From Myxococcota bacterium (GTDB lineage: Bacteria > Myxococcota_A > Polyangia > Nannocystales > Nannocystaceae): 64,000 nucleotides of DNA. The DNA lies in the NCBI GenBank assembly GCA_039028615.1, contig JBCCHT010000012.1:128001-192000 (forward strand), read 5' to 3'. Within the stretch, counting starts at the first letter, position 1. The number at the start of each line of letters is the position of its first letter. The translations under genes and the position numbers were made by a program. The notes below the pieces were generated by a model. It did no database searches, was not told where the DNA came from, and saw only the letters and a list, made by a program, of their open reading frames with translations. Below, piece by piece: positions 24,030-33,682 of the stretch.

Positions 24030-24150
24030 GCCCGCCGACGCCGAGAGCCACGCGTCGTCGTCGAGGCGCGTGGCCTCGTCGCGAGAATCGGTCACAAAGC
24101 ACGTCCGCTCGGGGCCGCGCTCGTACTACGTATGTACGAGTCTGGTCTCC

Positions 24151-24681
24151 ATGGGTTCGTATCCGTCTCTCCCCTGTGTCCACCCGGTGGGGCTCGCCCT
24201 CGTCGTGGCGGGCCTGGGTGCCTGCGGCCCCTCCGTCGATGCCTCCGACCAACCGAGCGGGGTACTCGAGTACGAGACCCTCTACGTCGAGTTCTACCGC
24301 GACGGCCACCGCATCGAAGGCGTCCCAGGACACCTCTACGACGAGCGATTCTACAGCGACCGGATCGGGTGCCGAGTCCTCACCGACTGGGCCGTCGACA
24401 CCCTCGAAGGCACCATCGCCGGCCTCGACCCGAGCCGAGACTACGACTTCGGGATCGACGGCGAGGACTGCGGTTGGACCCATTCCCCTTCGGGCGAGGT
24501 CCACCTGCCGGACTTCGAGCGCAGCCCATTTTCCTGTGACTCCATGTGCTGCCAACGAGACCTCAGTCCAATCGGCCTCGTCTACCTCTACATCTTCAGC
24601 AACTATGCGGGCGAGACCATCCATGTCGTTGGCGAGGACGAGCCCAAGGTCGCGCTCGAGCCCGACGAGTCCTGCATGTGA
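24151..24681 (+). CDS. Hypothetical lipoprotein
   Basis: Lipobox LGAC after a hydrophobic stretch; acidic body with several Cys. Confidence 0.65.
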   Translation: MGSYPSLPCVHPVGLALVVAGLGACGPSVDASDQPSGVLEYETLYVEFYRDGHRIEGVPGHLYDERFYSDRIGCRVLTDWAVDTLEGTIAGLDPSRDYDFGIDGEDCGWTHSPSGEVHLPDFERSPFSCDSMCCQRDLSPIGLVYLYIFSNYAGETIHVVGEDEPKVALEPDESCM

Positions 24682-24702
24682 ACGGTGTAGACTCGCCGTC
24701 CC

Positions 24703-25674
24703 ATGAGTTCGACCGCCGCGACCAAGACCCTCACGCTCAACAATGGGGCTTCGATGCCCGCGTTCGGCCTCGGCACCTGGAAATCGAAACCCGGTGAGGT
24801 CGGGCGAGCGGTGGTAGAGGCGGTGAAGGCCGGCTATCGGCACATCGACTGCGCGTGGATCTACGGCAACGAGGCCGAGATCGGTGAAGCGCTGGCGGGA
24901 CTGTTCGCCGAGGGCGTGGTGACGCGGGACGAGCTGTGGATCACCTCCAAGCTGTGGAACAACCGGCATGCCCCCGCCGACGTCGAGCCGGGGATCCGCG
25001 AGACGCTCGACGCCCTGAAGCTCGAACGCCTCGACCTGTACCTCATGCACTGGCCCGTGGCGCTGCGACGCGAGGTGGTCCTGCCCGCCGCCGTCACCGA
25101 TCTGATTCCACTGGACCAAGCCCCGCTCGCCGACACCTGGGCCGCGATGGAAGGCCTGGTCGATGCCGTGCTGACCCGATCGATCGGCGTGTCGAACTTC
25201 AGCGTGCCCAAGCTTCGCGCCCTGCTCGAGCACGCCCGGATCCCGCCCGCCAACAACCAGATCGAGCTGCACCCGTACCTACGCCAAGCGGCGATGCTCG
25301 AGTTCTGTCGCAGCTCGAACATCGCCGTCACCGCCTACTCTCCGCTCGGCTCTCGCGATCGGGTGGCCGCCCTCAAGACCGAAGGAGAGCCGGTCTTGCT
25401 CGAAGACCCGGCCGTCGCCGCGATCGCCCAGGCCCACGACGTGACCCCCGCGCAGGTCCTCATCGCCTGGGCCCTACAACGCGGCACCATGGTCATCCCC
25501 AAGTCGGTCGACCCCGGTCGCATCCGCCAGAACCTCGCCGCGACCTCGCTGCAGCTGCGCGACGAAGACATGCGTAGCCTCGACGCGCTCGATCGTCATC
25601 GTCGTTATGTCGACGGTCGCTTCTGGTCCAGTCACGGCGGCCCCTACTCGCCGTCCGCACTGTGGGACGAATAA
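24703..25674 (+). CDS. Aldo/keto reductase
   Basis: GLGTW, GYRHIDCAWIYGNE, ITSKLW, DLYLMHWP, SIGVSNF, NQIELHPY, AYSPLG, IPKS. Confidence 0.95.
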   Translation: MSSTAATKTLTLNNGASMPAFGLGTWKSKPGEVGRAVVEAVKAGYRHIDCAWIYGNEAEIGEALAGLFAEGVVTRDELWITSKLWNNRHAPADVEPGIRETLDALKLERLDLYLMHWPVALRREVVLPAAVTDLIPLDQAPLADTWAAMEGLVDAVLTRSIGVSNFSVPKLRALLEHARIPPANNQIELHPYLRQAAMLEFCRSSNIAVTAYSPLGSRDRVAALKTEGEPVLLEDPAVAAIAQAHDVTPAQVLIAWALQRGTMVIPKSVDPGRIRQNLAATSLQLRDEDMRSLDALDRHRRYVDGRFWSSHGGPYSPSALWDE

Positions 25675-25811
25675 TCGCGTAGTCCTCGGTGCTCTCGTTG
25701 CACCCGATGTTCATGCGCCGACTCGATCGATGAACCCTCGATCGAGTACGCGGCCCATCCCGAGCACCAATCCTTGTCCGTCTCGCATTCGACGTGATAG
25801 TCGAATTTGCG

Positions 25812-27074
25812 ATGAGCTGGCATGGATCGACGCTGTTGGTGTGTCTCGGACTGGCATTGCTCGGGTGTGGCGACGACACCCCGGTGACCGGAGACGGCGG
25901 CAGCGGAAGTGGCAGCAGCGGTGGCGACCCGACGCCGGGCGCCACCGGATCGCCGTCCGCCCCCGAGACGTCCGGCGCCGCATCGACCGGCGAAGGCAGC
26001 GAGACGGGCACCAGCGGCGGTGAAGACTCGCTCGACGAGAGCGGCACCGGGTCAGAGCCTCCCAGCGGCAACCCGCTGCCCGAGGGCCCCGTCGGCGAGT
26101 GGACGTGGGTCGACGTGGAAGGTTCGATGTGCCGCGACGGCAGCATGGCCGGCCTGTCCGTACGCTACGGGACCTCTCCCAACGTGGTCATCTACCTGTC
26201 GGGCGGCAACGCGTGCTTCAACTTCACCTCCTGCTCGATCACGGGCAGCGACGTCTCCAATCAGCCCAACGGGGGCAACGTCGGCGTGCTGAACCGCGAC
26301 GACCCGGCCAACCCCGTCGCCGACTGGACGCACATCTACCTGCCCTACTGCACCGGGGACGTATTCGCGGGGAGCAATCCCGACTCCGAGCATCCCATCG
26401 TGCCGGGCGGGCCGCAGCAGTTCGTCGGCTACGACAACGTCACCCTCTTCCTCGAGCGCATCGTCCCGACCTTCCCCGACGTCGAGAAGGTCCTGCTCAC
26501 CGGTAGCAGCGCGGGCGGGTTTGGTGCCGCCTACAACTTCGACCAGACCGCCCAGGCCTTCGGTCCCGACGTCGACATGATCCTCATCGACGACGCCGGG
26601 CCGCCCATGGCCGACGAGTACCTGAGACCGTGCCTCCAGCAGCACTGGCGCGACGTCTGGGGCCTCGACGAGACCCTCCCCGCCGATTGCGACGAGTGCT
26701 TCGGCCCCGACGGCGGCGGCATCTCCAACTACGTCACCTATCTCGACCAGAAGTATCCCGACGCCACCCTGGGTCTGCTGACCTCACTTCAGGACTGGTA
26801 CATCCGCTTGTTCTGGGGCTACGGCAACAACGACTGCTCCACCCTCAACGCGGCCATCCCCCCGAGCTATAGTGGTGCTCAGTATCAGCTCGGGGTCGAA
26901 GACCTCCGCGACAACTGGGCCATCGGCGACCAATGGGGCACCTTCTTCGTGGCGGGTGACGAGCATACGTTCTTGGACAAGCCGATCTACTTCACGCAGA
27001 CGGTGGGCGACATGCTGGTGGTGGAGTGGGTGGCCGCGATGGTCGACGGCGAGCCCAGCCATCACGCGCCGTAG
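25812..27074 (+). CDS. Pectin acetylesterase-family lipoprotein
   Basis: Lipobox LLGC; CRDGS, YLSGGNACF, PYCTGD, LLTGSSAGGFGA, C-terminal His (GDEHT). Confidence 0.85.
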   Translation: MSWHGSTLLVCLGLALLGCGDDTPVTGDGGSGSGSSGGDPTPGATGSPSAPETSGAASTGEGSETGTSGGEDSLDESGTGSEPPSGNPLPEGPVGEWTWVDVEGSMCRDGSMAGLSVRYGTSPNVVIYLSGGNACFNFTSCSITGSDVSNQPNGGNVGVLNRDDPANPVADWTHIYLPYCTGDVFAGSNPDSEHPIVPGGPQQFVGYDNVTLFLERIVPTFPDVEKVLLTGSSAGGFGAAYNFDQTAQAFGPDVDMILIDDAGPPMADEYLRPCLQQHWRDVWGLDETLPADCDECFGPDGGGISNYVTYLDQKYPDATLGLLTSLQDWYIRLFWGYGNNDCSTLNAAIPPSYSGAQYQLGVEDLRDNWAIGDQWGTFFVAGDEHTFLDKPIYFTQTVGDMLVVEWVAAMVDGEPSHHAP

Positions 27075-27076
27075 GG

Positions 27077-30000
27077 TCAGGGCGCTCGGGCGCCGCCGTG
27101 CTCGGCGATCCACTGCTCGATCTTCGCGACCTCGGAGCTCGTGTCTGGCAGGGCGCGCCGGTAGTCGTCGCACGCTCGCACGGCCTGCTCGCGGGCGAGC
27201 CGCGGGTTGCGGGGCTCCAGCGCCTGCGCCAGGACGAAGCGGCCTTCGGCCAGGAACTCGATCTCCACCCCGTTACGCTCACGAATGTCGACGGCGCGTC
27301 GGGCCCGGGCGATGGCGACATCGACCTCGCCCTCGGCCTCGGCGATCCGAGCCAACCCCACGAGCGCTTCGGCCATCCGTTCGTGCTCGGGACCGAGGGT
27401 CGACTCCACGAGGGGGACCGATTCTTCGAAGAGCGTGCGGGCCTCGGTCAGCGTGCCACGATCGACCAGGATCTCGCCGAGGAGGTTGCGGCTGAAGAGG
27501 GTCCTCGGGTGCTCTGGCCCGAACGCGGCGAGCCGGATTCGCAATCCCTCCCGCGCATGAGGCTCCGCCGCTTCGAGTTCGCCCAGTCGCTGATGGGCCC
27601 GAGCGAGAGTCAAATGGGGATCGGAGAGGTCAGGATGTTCTGCGGGCAACGCAGCCTCGAGAACGGCGATGGCATGCGTCACGGGCTGGATCGCATCCGA
27701 CCAACGCCCCTGAAGACCGAGCAGCCAACCTAGTTTCATGTAGCTGTGGGCGGTGATGGGATGTTCTTCGCCGAACTGGAACAACCGGAGTTCCACACTC
27801 TTTCGGAACAATCGCTCTGCTTCCACGTGCTGCCCCAAGTTCGGCAACGCTGTCGCAAGGTTCTCCATCGCCAGCGCGACCTTCATGTGACGGTCGCCGT
27901 AGTTGGCTCGATGAAGCTCGAGCCCATGACGAAGGTGGTCGACGGCGGCTCGGTGATGACCAAGCCGAGCCAGCGCCATCCCGACCGCAGCAACTTCCGA
28001 CGCCGCATCTGGATGAAGTGGACCGAGCGAAGCCTGCACGATCTCCAGCGCGCGTCGATAGTCCCTGAGCGCGTCGTGGTTGCGCCCCATCATCAAGTGG
28101 ATGGTGCCTCGCTCCGAGATCGTGGACGCGGTGATCGGGTGCTCCTCCCCCAAGCGCTCGACTCGAGCCTTCAGGACCCGTTCGATGAGGGCCAGCGCGC
28201 CGTCGTAGTCCGCCTTGTTTCTCAACGTGACCGCGAGGTTGTGCTCCATGGACAGGACCCGTGGGTCGAGCCGGCCGAGCGCGGTTTGGTAGTAGACCGA
28301 AGCTTCGCGAAAGGACGACTCGGCCGCGCCGTAGTCGTCGTCGTTCAGCTGCACTGCGCCCATGTTGCCGTGGGCCGAGCCCAGCAGCTCGAAGTCGTTG
28401 AGCAGACGGGCCTTGGACAAGGCGACCTGGCCCCAGACCTCACCGAGCTCGATCCGCCCGCGGGCGAACCCCGTGACGTAGGCCAAGGCCGACGCGGCCC
28501 GAGCCTCGGTCTCGTCGTCTCCCTGCTCGCTCGCGATTCGAAACGCGCTCTCCAGCTCCCGCTCGGACTCCTCGTAGCGCCCGAGGTGGTCGAGCAAAGA
28601 GCCGCGCGCGTGCAGGGCCCGCGCGACGAGGGGCGCGTAGCCCAGCCTTCGGGCCTCGCGGAGAACCGACTCGACCTCCTGGAGCGCTTCGTCGTAGCGA
28701 GCGAACCTCTCTGCCACCCGCGCCGCGCTCAGCCGCCGCCCGAGTTCGTCGACCGCCAGCTTCATCTCGGCATCGCCAGGCGGGGGCACACGCTCCCGCA
28801 GCGAAGAGAGCCGCAGGACGTCGTCGCAGCGCACGAGACTCGGAAGGGCCGCCGAGGCTTGGTGGACCTTCGAGAGCGTGGGACCGTCGATGTCCGACAG
28901 CTCGTCGACGGTGGAGCGAAGGTCCTCCCTCCGCTGTCGAAGGCAGTCCAGCCTCATCTCCATGACCGCCTCGCTCTGCTCCTCGCGAACCTTGGTGGCC
29001 TCGCAGACCTCGGTATGGGCGGACTCCCACGCATCGGCATAGTCGTCCAACTCCCGAGCCACCCGGTGCCAGGTCTCCTCGGCGTAGGTGACTCCGGTGG
29101 CCAGCAACGCCCCTCGGACCTCGACCCGGCGCCCCTCGTCCCATACCCCCTCGAGCTGGTTGCGTGCTCCTTGGCAACGGAAACCGACCTCCGCGATGCG
29201 GCCGAGCCCCAACCCCACAGCCACCATGCCCACCGCGACCCCGATCACGAGCCATTGCCGCGTACGCGGTGCGGCGAGCCGACGCAGCTCGACCAGCAGC
29301 GCGTCCATCGAAGGCCAACGCAGCTCGGGGTCGGCCGAGAGCCCACGGAGCAGCGCCTCCCGCAGACGCATCGGCACCGAGGCCGCGTACTGGGAACGCA
29401 CCGAACCTCTCGCGATGGACCGCCGCAGGGTCGCCATGGTCCGCCCCTTGAACGGCCGTACCCCGTACAGCGCCTCGTAGAGCGACACACAGAAGCTGAA
29501 CTGATCGCTCCGCGAGTCGATGTCCTCCCCGTGCATCTGCTCGAGGGCCATATACGCGGGAGTTCCCATTACCACGCCGGACCGTGTCAGCGGCTCGAAG
29601 TCGAGGCGGACCTGGGTCGTGCCCTCGAGCGTCTCGTCGACCGCGGGCACGACCGAGCCGCCCACGAGACCGAAATCCAGGACCTTCGGCCAGCCCTTCC
29701 GATCGACGACACAATTGGCCGGCTTGAAGTCGCGGTGCACCAGGCCGGCCGCATGGGCCGCCGCCAACCCGTCGCCCACCCGGATGTAGACGTCGATGCA
29801 CTCCCGCCACGGCCGGGGCTCGCTCTGCCACTCCGCGAGAGATACCCCGTCGATGAGCTCCATCGCGATGAACCACTGCCCGTCGGCTTCTCCGACCTCG
29901 TACACGTGCACCACGTTCGGGTGCGACAGCTTCGCCAGCGCCAGGGCCTCGCGTCGCAAGCGAACCGCGTGCTCCTCCGAGGTCTCGGGGTGAAGCAGCT

Positions 30001-30274
30001 TGATGGCCACCGTTCGCTCCAGCGACTCGTCGTACGCCTCGAGCACGGTGCCCATACCCCCACTCCCGAGCTCGCCGAGTACGAGGTATCGCCCCAGCGA
30101 GTCGCCGCGCGTGACCGCAGGCGGCTGTCTCGGCTCGACGCTCAGACCATCGTGGAGCCCGTCGATGAGCTCCGCCATGTGGTGATGAGCAGTGTCCCGG
30201 CAAGAGTCGACCCGTTCGTCCACGGGAACGGGACGAGGGAGAGTCGCTGTCGGGTCGAGTTCGGACGGATCCAT
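27077..30274 (-). CDS. Membrane Ser/Thr protein kinase with extracytoplasmic TPR repeats (STK1)
   Basis: LGSGGMG, VAIK, HRDFKPAN, DFG, GTPAYM, SDQFSFCV; TM WLVIGVAVGMVAVGLGLG; multiple GxxHP TPR repeats. Confidence 0.93.
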   Translation of the reverse strand: MDPSELDPTATLPRPVPVDERVDSCRDTAHHHMAELIDGLHDGLSVEPRQPPAVTRGDSLGRYLVLGELGSGGMGTVLEAYDESLERTVAIKLLHPETSEEHAVRLRREALALAKLSHPNVVHVYEVGEADGQWFIAMELIDGVSLAEWQSEPRPWRECIDVYIRVGDGLAAAHAAGLVHRDFKPANCVVDRKGWPKVLDFGLVGGSVVPAVDETLEGTTQVRLDFEPLTRSGVVMGTPAYMALEQMHGEDIDSRSDQFSFCVSLYEALYGVRPFKGRTMATLRRSIARGSVRSQYAASVPMRLREALLRGLSADPELRWPSMDALLVELRRLAAPRTRQWLVIGVAVGMVAVGLGLGRIAEVGFRCQGARNQLEGVWDEGRRVEVRGALLATGVTYAEETWHRVARELDDYADAWESAHTEVCEATKVREEQSEAVMEMRLDCLRQRREDLRSTVDELSDIDGPTLSKVHQASAALPSLVRCDDVLRLSSLRERVPPPGDAEMKLAVDELGRRLSAARVAERFARYDEALQEVESVLREARRLGYAPLVARALHARGSLLDHLGRYEESERELESAFRIASEQGDDETEARAASALAYVTGFARGRIELGEVWGQVALSKARLLNDFELLGSAHGNMGAVQLNDDDYGAAESSFREASVYYQTALGRLDPRVLSMEHNLAVTLRNKADYDGALALIERVLKARVERLGEEHPITASTISERGTIHLMMGRNHDALRDYRRALEIVQASLGPLHPDAASEVAAVGMALARLGHHRAAVDHLRHGLELHRANYGDRHMKVALAMENLATALPNLGQHVEAERLFRKSVELRLFQFGEEHPITAHSYMKLGWLLGLQGRWSDAIQPVTHAIAVLEAALPAEHPDLSDPHLTLARAHQRLGELEAAEPHAREGLRIRLAAFGPEHPRTLFSRNLLGEILVDRGTLTEARTLFEESVPLVESTLGPEHERMAEALVGLARIAEAEGEVDVAIARARRAVDIRERNGVEIEFLAEGRFVLAQALEPRNPRLAREQAVRACDDYRRALPDTSSEVAKIEQWIAEHGGARAP

Positions 30275-30433
30275 TTCGATATCTCCCGGGAGCCTCTCCG
30301 AGGGGGCACACGAGGCTCGCGCGCGGAGATCGATATCCGCCTCGCCGACGAAGTCTGACTCCGATCACTCGACGATTTTTTCGACGACGATCGGCAGCGG
30401 GCGCTTCGAAGTCGATGCGCTACGTTGCCGACC

Positions 30434-31054
30434 ATGTTGGATGAACGTGTGCTGCTGGAGCGGTGGCGAGGCGGTGACGCGGCCGCCGGAGAGAAACTCG
30501 TACGCGAGTACTACCGCGAGATCTTCAAGCGCTTGCGCCGAGACGTGAACGGCGACTCGGACCTCGCCGCCGACTTGGCGCAGCAGGTCTTCGAGGTTGC
30601 CCTCAAAAAACGCGACGACATCGTGACCGACTTCCGCCGGTATCTCCACGGCATCGCCCGCCGCAAGGTCTGGGAGCACGCCCGCATCCAGATTGGCCGC
30701 GGCCTCGAGTCGAAAATCTCGAAGCTCGTCGACCCCGCTCGCGGTGCGGTCTCGGTGTTGGCCAAGGCCGAGGACGGCAGTGCACTGGTCGCGGCCCTTC
30801 GCACGCTCTCGGTCGAAGAGCAGTCCTACTTGATGTGGTACTACGCCGATCGCCTGACCCAGGGGCAGATTGCCGAGCGGGTCGGGCTCAGCACCCCGCA
30901 GGTCAACGGACGGATCCATCGGGCCAAGGAGAAGCTGCGCCGAAAGTGGCGAGCGCTCGACCAGGGCACCTCGGAGGTCATGACCGAGGAGGGCTTCGAG
31001 TCCTACCTGCACTCGCTGCGGCGACGGGTCGAGCCATCGCAGCTCGCGGGCTAG
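30434..31054 (+). CDS. ECF sigma-70 factor (ECF1)
   Basis: LLERWRGGDAAAG; sigma2 DLAQQVF...FRRYLHGIARR; sigma4 ALRTLS...LTQGQIAERVG...VNGRIHRAKEKL. Confidence 0.88.
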   Translation: MLDERVLLERWRGGDAAAGEKLVREYYREIFKRLRRDVNGDSDLAADLAQQVFEVALKKRDDIVTDFRRYLHGIARRKVWEHARIQIGRGLESKISKLVDPARGAVSVLAKAEDGSALVAALRTLSVEEQSYLMWYYADRLTQGQIAERVGLSTPQVNGRIHRAKEKLRRKWRALDQGTSEVMTEEGFESYLHSLRRRVEPSQLAG

Positions 31055-31270
31055 TCGGCTCCGTCGTTCCGTTCTGGAAAAAAGGAACGTTCGGGAGTCA
31101 GAACTTCTCCGACGCAACGATATCCAACCAATGGCGTGGGAACCGTCGTTTTCGCCAGTTTGAGGGCCCTGGCTCGACCCGCTCCCCGGACGAACCTCCG
31201 GGAGGCCGTGCGCCTCGACGCGCGCAGTCGCGCTTCGCGAGCCGGGTCGCCGTTTGCGGGCGTCACGCGC

Positions 31271-31311
31271 AAACGCAAACGGGGCATGGCCGCAGAAGAC
31301 GGCCATGCCCC
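31271..31311 (-). terminator. Hairpin terminator for the minus-strand secreted-protein gene
   Basis: Perfect 12-bp inverted repeat GGGGCATGGCCG/CGGCCATGCCCC (31281-31311), followed on the minus strand by GTTTGCGTTT. Confidence 0.65.
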
Positions 31312-31348
31312 TTCGCATCACCCGTGCTCGAAGGTCACGGGACTGCGA

Positions 31349-31777
31349 TCACGATCCGGCGGGCACCGTCTCGATCCACATGTGCTTGACGTCGACGTCC
31401 CAGTCCCATCCGTCCACCGGCGGCAGATCGAAGGTGGTCACTTGCTTGTACGCGAGCGCGACATCCTCGAAAGTGAGATAGTGGAACTCGCCGTTGTCGA
31501 GCAGCACGGTGATCTCGATGTCACCCGACATGCCTTCGCTGTCGTCTTCGAAGTAGATGTCCAACGTCGGCATGCTCTCGGAGGAATCTTCCGCGGCCCG
31601 CCCCGAGTTGACCCGGCACAGACTGCAGGGCCCGTTGAGATCGCCGTCCCGCGGCTCATTGAGCAGCTGCGTGGGGATCGGGTCACCGCCGGGGGTGGCG
31701 TGGGAAACGAGGCCGAAACCTCCGGTGAGCAGGAAGGCCCCGAAAGCGAGGCACGAGGGGATGAAGGGGTTGCGCAT
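31349..31777 (-). CDS. Small secreted acidic protein with CxxC
   Basis: Signal peptide MRNPFIPSCLAFGAFLLTGGFGLVSHA; CSLC; beta-rich acidic body; GGAGG upstream. Confidence 0.75.
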   Translation of the reverse strand: MRNPFIPSCLAFGAFLLTGGFGLVSHATPGGDPIPTQLLNEPRDGDLNGPCSLCRVNSGRAAEDSSESMPTLDIYFEDDSEGMSGDIEITVLLDNGEFHYLTFEDVALAYKQVTTFDLPPVDGWDWDVDVKHMWIETVPAGS

Positions 31778-32099
31778 GATGGCGCCTCCTCGATGCAGCG
31801 GACTACCGTTGACTCGCGACGCCCCGCTGCACCGTGGCGACGTCACGACAAACGACGAACCGAATCCTCCATATCGGGCCGTGAGCCTCCAATGACCACC
31901 GACCATTCGGGGGTCGAGCTCCATGCCCACCGGTCACGATCGTGGCGATGCCTCACCTCGTGGCCCGGCTACGACATCCCGGGCCATCACCCTGGGATGC
32001 GAGTCCTCGTCGTTTCGCTCACTGGTATGTGGCGAAACTGGTTCAACCACTCGGTGGCTATGCCGAGTTTTTTCTCCAACCAAACCGATCGTTCCGACG

Positions 32100-32816
32100 A
32101 TGCCCAAATCCCCTGAACTCGAGTCCGAAGCGCTCCACGACGCGATCGTCCTGGGGCGTCCAAAGGCCTTTCGGCGACTGTATGGCCACTACGAGCCGCG
32201 AGTCCGCTACGCGGTGGCTGCCGCCGCGTTCCGCCGTCGGCACACGCGCGACGTCGACGAGCTGGTCCAGGAAGTCTGGTGCCGCGTACTGGAGAACGAT
32301 CGTCGGCTGCTGCGCCGCTTCGACTCGACCCGGGGCCGGTTCGGGCCCTTCATCGCCGTCGTGGCCTATCAGCAGGCACTCATCGCGGTACAGCGACATC
32401 GCCGGCAACTCCCGAAGAGCGAGGGGGACGTGGCCGACGGGGCCTTCGAGGATCCGGGCTCGTCCGACTTCGTGACCGACATGATCCAGAGCGACCTGTA
32501 CGAGAAGGTCTTGTCTCGCGCGATGGAGCAGCTCGGGCCGGACGATCAGCTGCTCTTGAGCGAAGTCCATCTTCACGAGCGCAGCTTCCGGGAAGTCGCA
32601 GCCGAACTCGGCGTCAGCGAAAACGCGGCCTACAAACGCAACGAGCGGCTCAAGCGGAAGCTCGAGGGTATCGCTTCGGCGTTGCTGGGCACGTCCGAAG
32701 CTCGCAGCCACTCCCCCTCGGCCGGTGCCGTATTGGGCCTGGTGTTCGCCTCGCTCGCCTTGTGGCCCATGCTCCGCGAGGAACCAGCCCGCGCGACGGT
32801 GGAGGTCGGGCTATGA
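32100..32816 (+). CDS. ECF sigma-70 factor (ECF2) with hydrophobic C-terminal tail
   Basis: AFRRLYGHY; DVDELVQEVW...LLRRFDSTRGRFGPF; sigma4 SFREVAAELGVSENAAYKRNERLKRKL; tail GAVLGLVFASLALWPML. Confidence 0.88.
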   Translation: MPKSPELESEALHDAIVLGRPKAFRRLYGHYEPRVRYAVAAAAFRRRHTRDVDELVQEVWCRVLENDRRLLRRFDSTRGRFGPFIAVVAYQQALIAVQRHRRQLPKSEGDVADGAFEDPGSSDFVTDMIQSDLYEKVLSRAMEQLGPDDQLLLSEVHLHERSFREVAAELGVSENAAYKRNERLKRKLEGIASALLGTSEARSHSPSAGAVLGLVFASLALWPMLREEPARATVEVGL

Positions 32817-33682
32817 GCTTCAAACAAAGCGGTGGCCAGCCGAGCGAGAGTGTCGTCTCGGAGCTCGTGGGCTTCGCTCTGGCGGAGCAACACGACGGCG
32901 ACAACGTGTGGCGGGACTGGTGTGCAGGTACGCTGGAGCGGGACGAAGTGATCGAGATGCGCCAGGGCAAGGAGTCACCCGAGGGGATCGCCCTGCGGCT
33001 CGAAGCGTTCGCCCCCGCGTCGCGCAAGGCTCGCTCGCAGACGCTCGACACCCTCCTTTCACGGTTCTTCGCCGATGACGAGAGCCCGCTGACGCTGGTG
33101 CCGAACGAGGACGACGCATCAGGCCGCGGTTCGACCTCGAAGCAATCGCAGTCTCCCCAGCGAGGGCCCGACCTCAGAGTCATCGTCGGCGGAGTGACGG
33201 CTCTGGCCGCGGCCGCACTGTTGGTCTGGGTGCTCGACCCTCAGGGCTCCATCGACGAACAACCTCTGCCAGAGTATCGACTCGAGGCGGTCGGCGGAGG
33301 CAGCGGAGCGATGCGAGCCCTCGACGACGGCCCGCAGCGGGAAGGCTGCGACGCGGTCTATCGCCCCGGGCAAGACCTGAAGGTTCACATCGTCCCCAGT
33401 ACCGCTTCGATCGAGACGCTATCGGTCGCAGTCTGGGACGAGCCCGCCGCAGGCAGCTCACGATGGCTGCCGCTCGAGGCTCCGAGGCAGTCGGTCGAGG
33501 GCACGGTGACACTCCAGCAGTCGATCGAGACGCTGGGCCTTTCTACCGGGGCCCACACGCTGACCTTCTTCGTCACCCGCCAGGGTGAGCGCTTCGATCT
33601 CGAGCAGCTCCGCGCGCTGCCCCCAGGCTCGCACGCGGGTGTGTCCGTGTTCCGGCAGACCTTCTGCATCGAAGACCAATGA
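32813..33682 (+). CDS. Single-pass membrane anti-sigma-like protein
   Basis: ATGA-coupled to ECF2; short cytoplasmic helical domain, TM VIVGGVTALAAAALLVWVL, Ig-like extracytoplasmic domain. Confidence 0.7.
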   Translation: MSFKQSGGQPSESVVSELVGFALAEQHDGDNVWRDWCAGTLERDEVIEMRQGKESPEGIALRLEAFAPASRKARSQTLDTLLSRFFADDESPLTLVPNEDDASGRGSTSKQSQSPQRGPDLRVIVGGVTALAAAALLVWVLDPQGSIDEQPLPEYRLEAVGGGSGAMRALDDGPQREGCDAVYRPGQDLKVHIVPSTASIETLSVAVWDEPAAGSSRWLPLEAPRQSVEGTVTLQQSIETLGLSTGAHTLTFFVTRQGERFDLEQLRALPPGSHAGVSVFRQTFCIEDQ

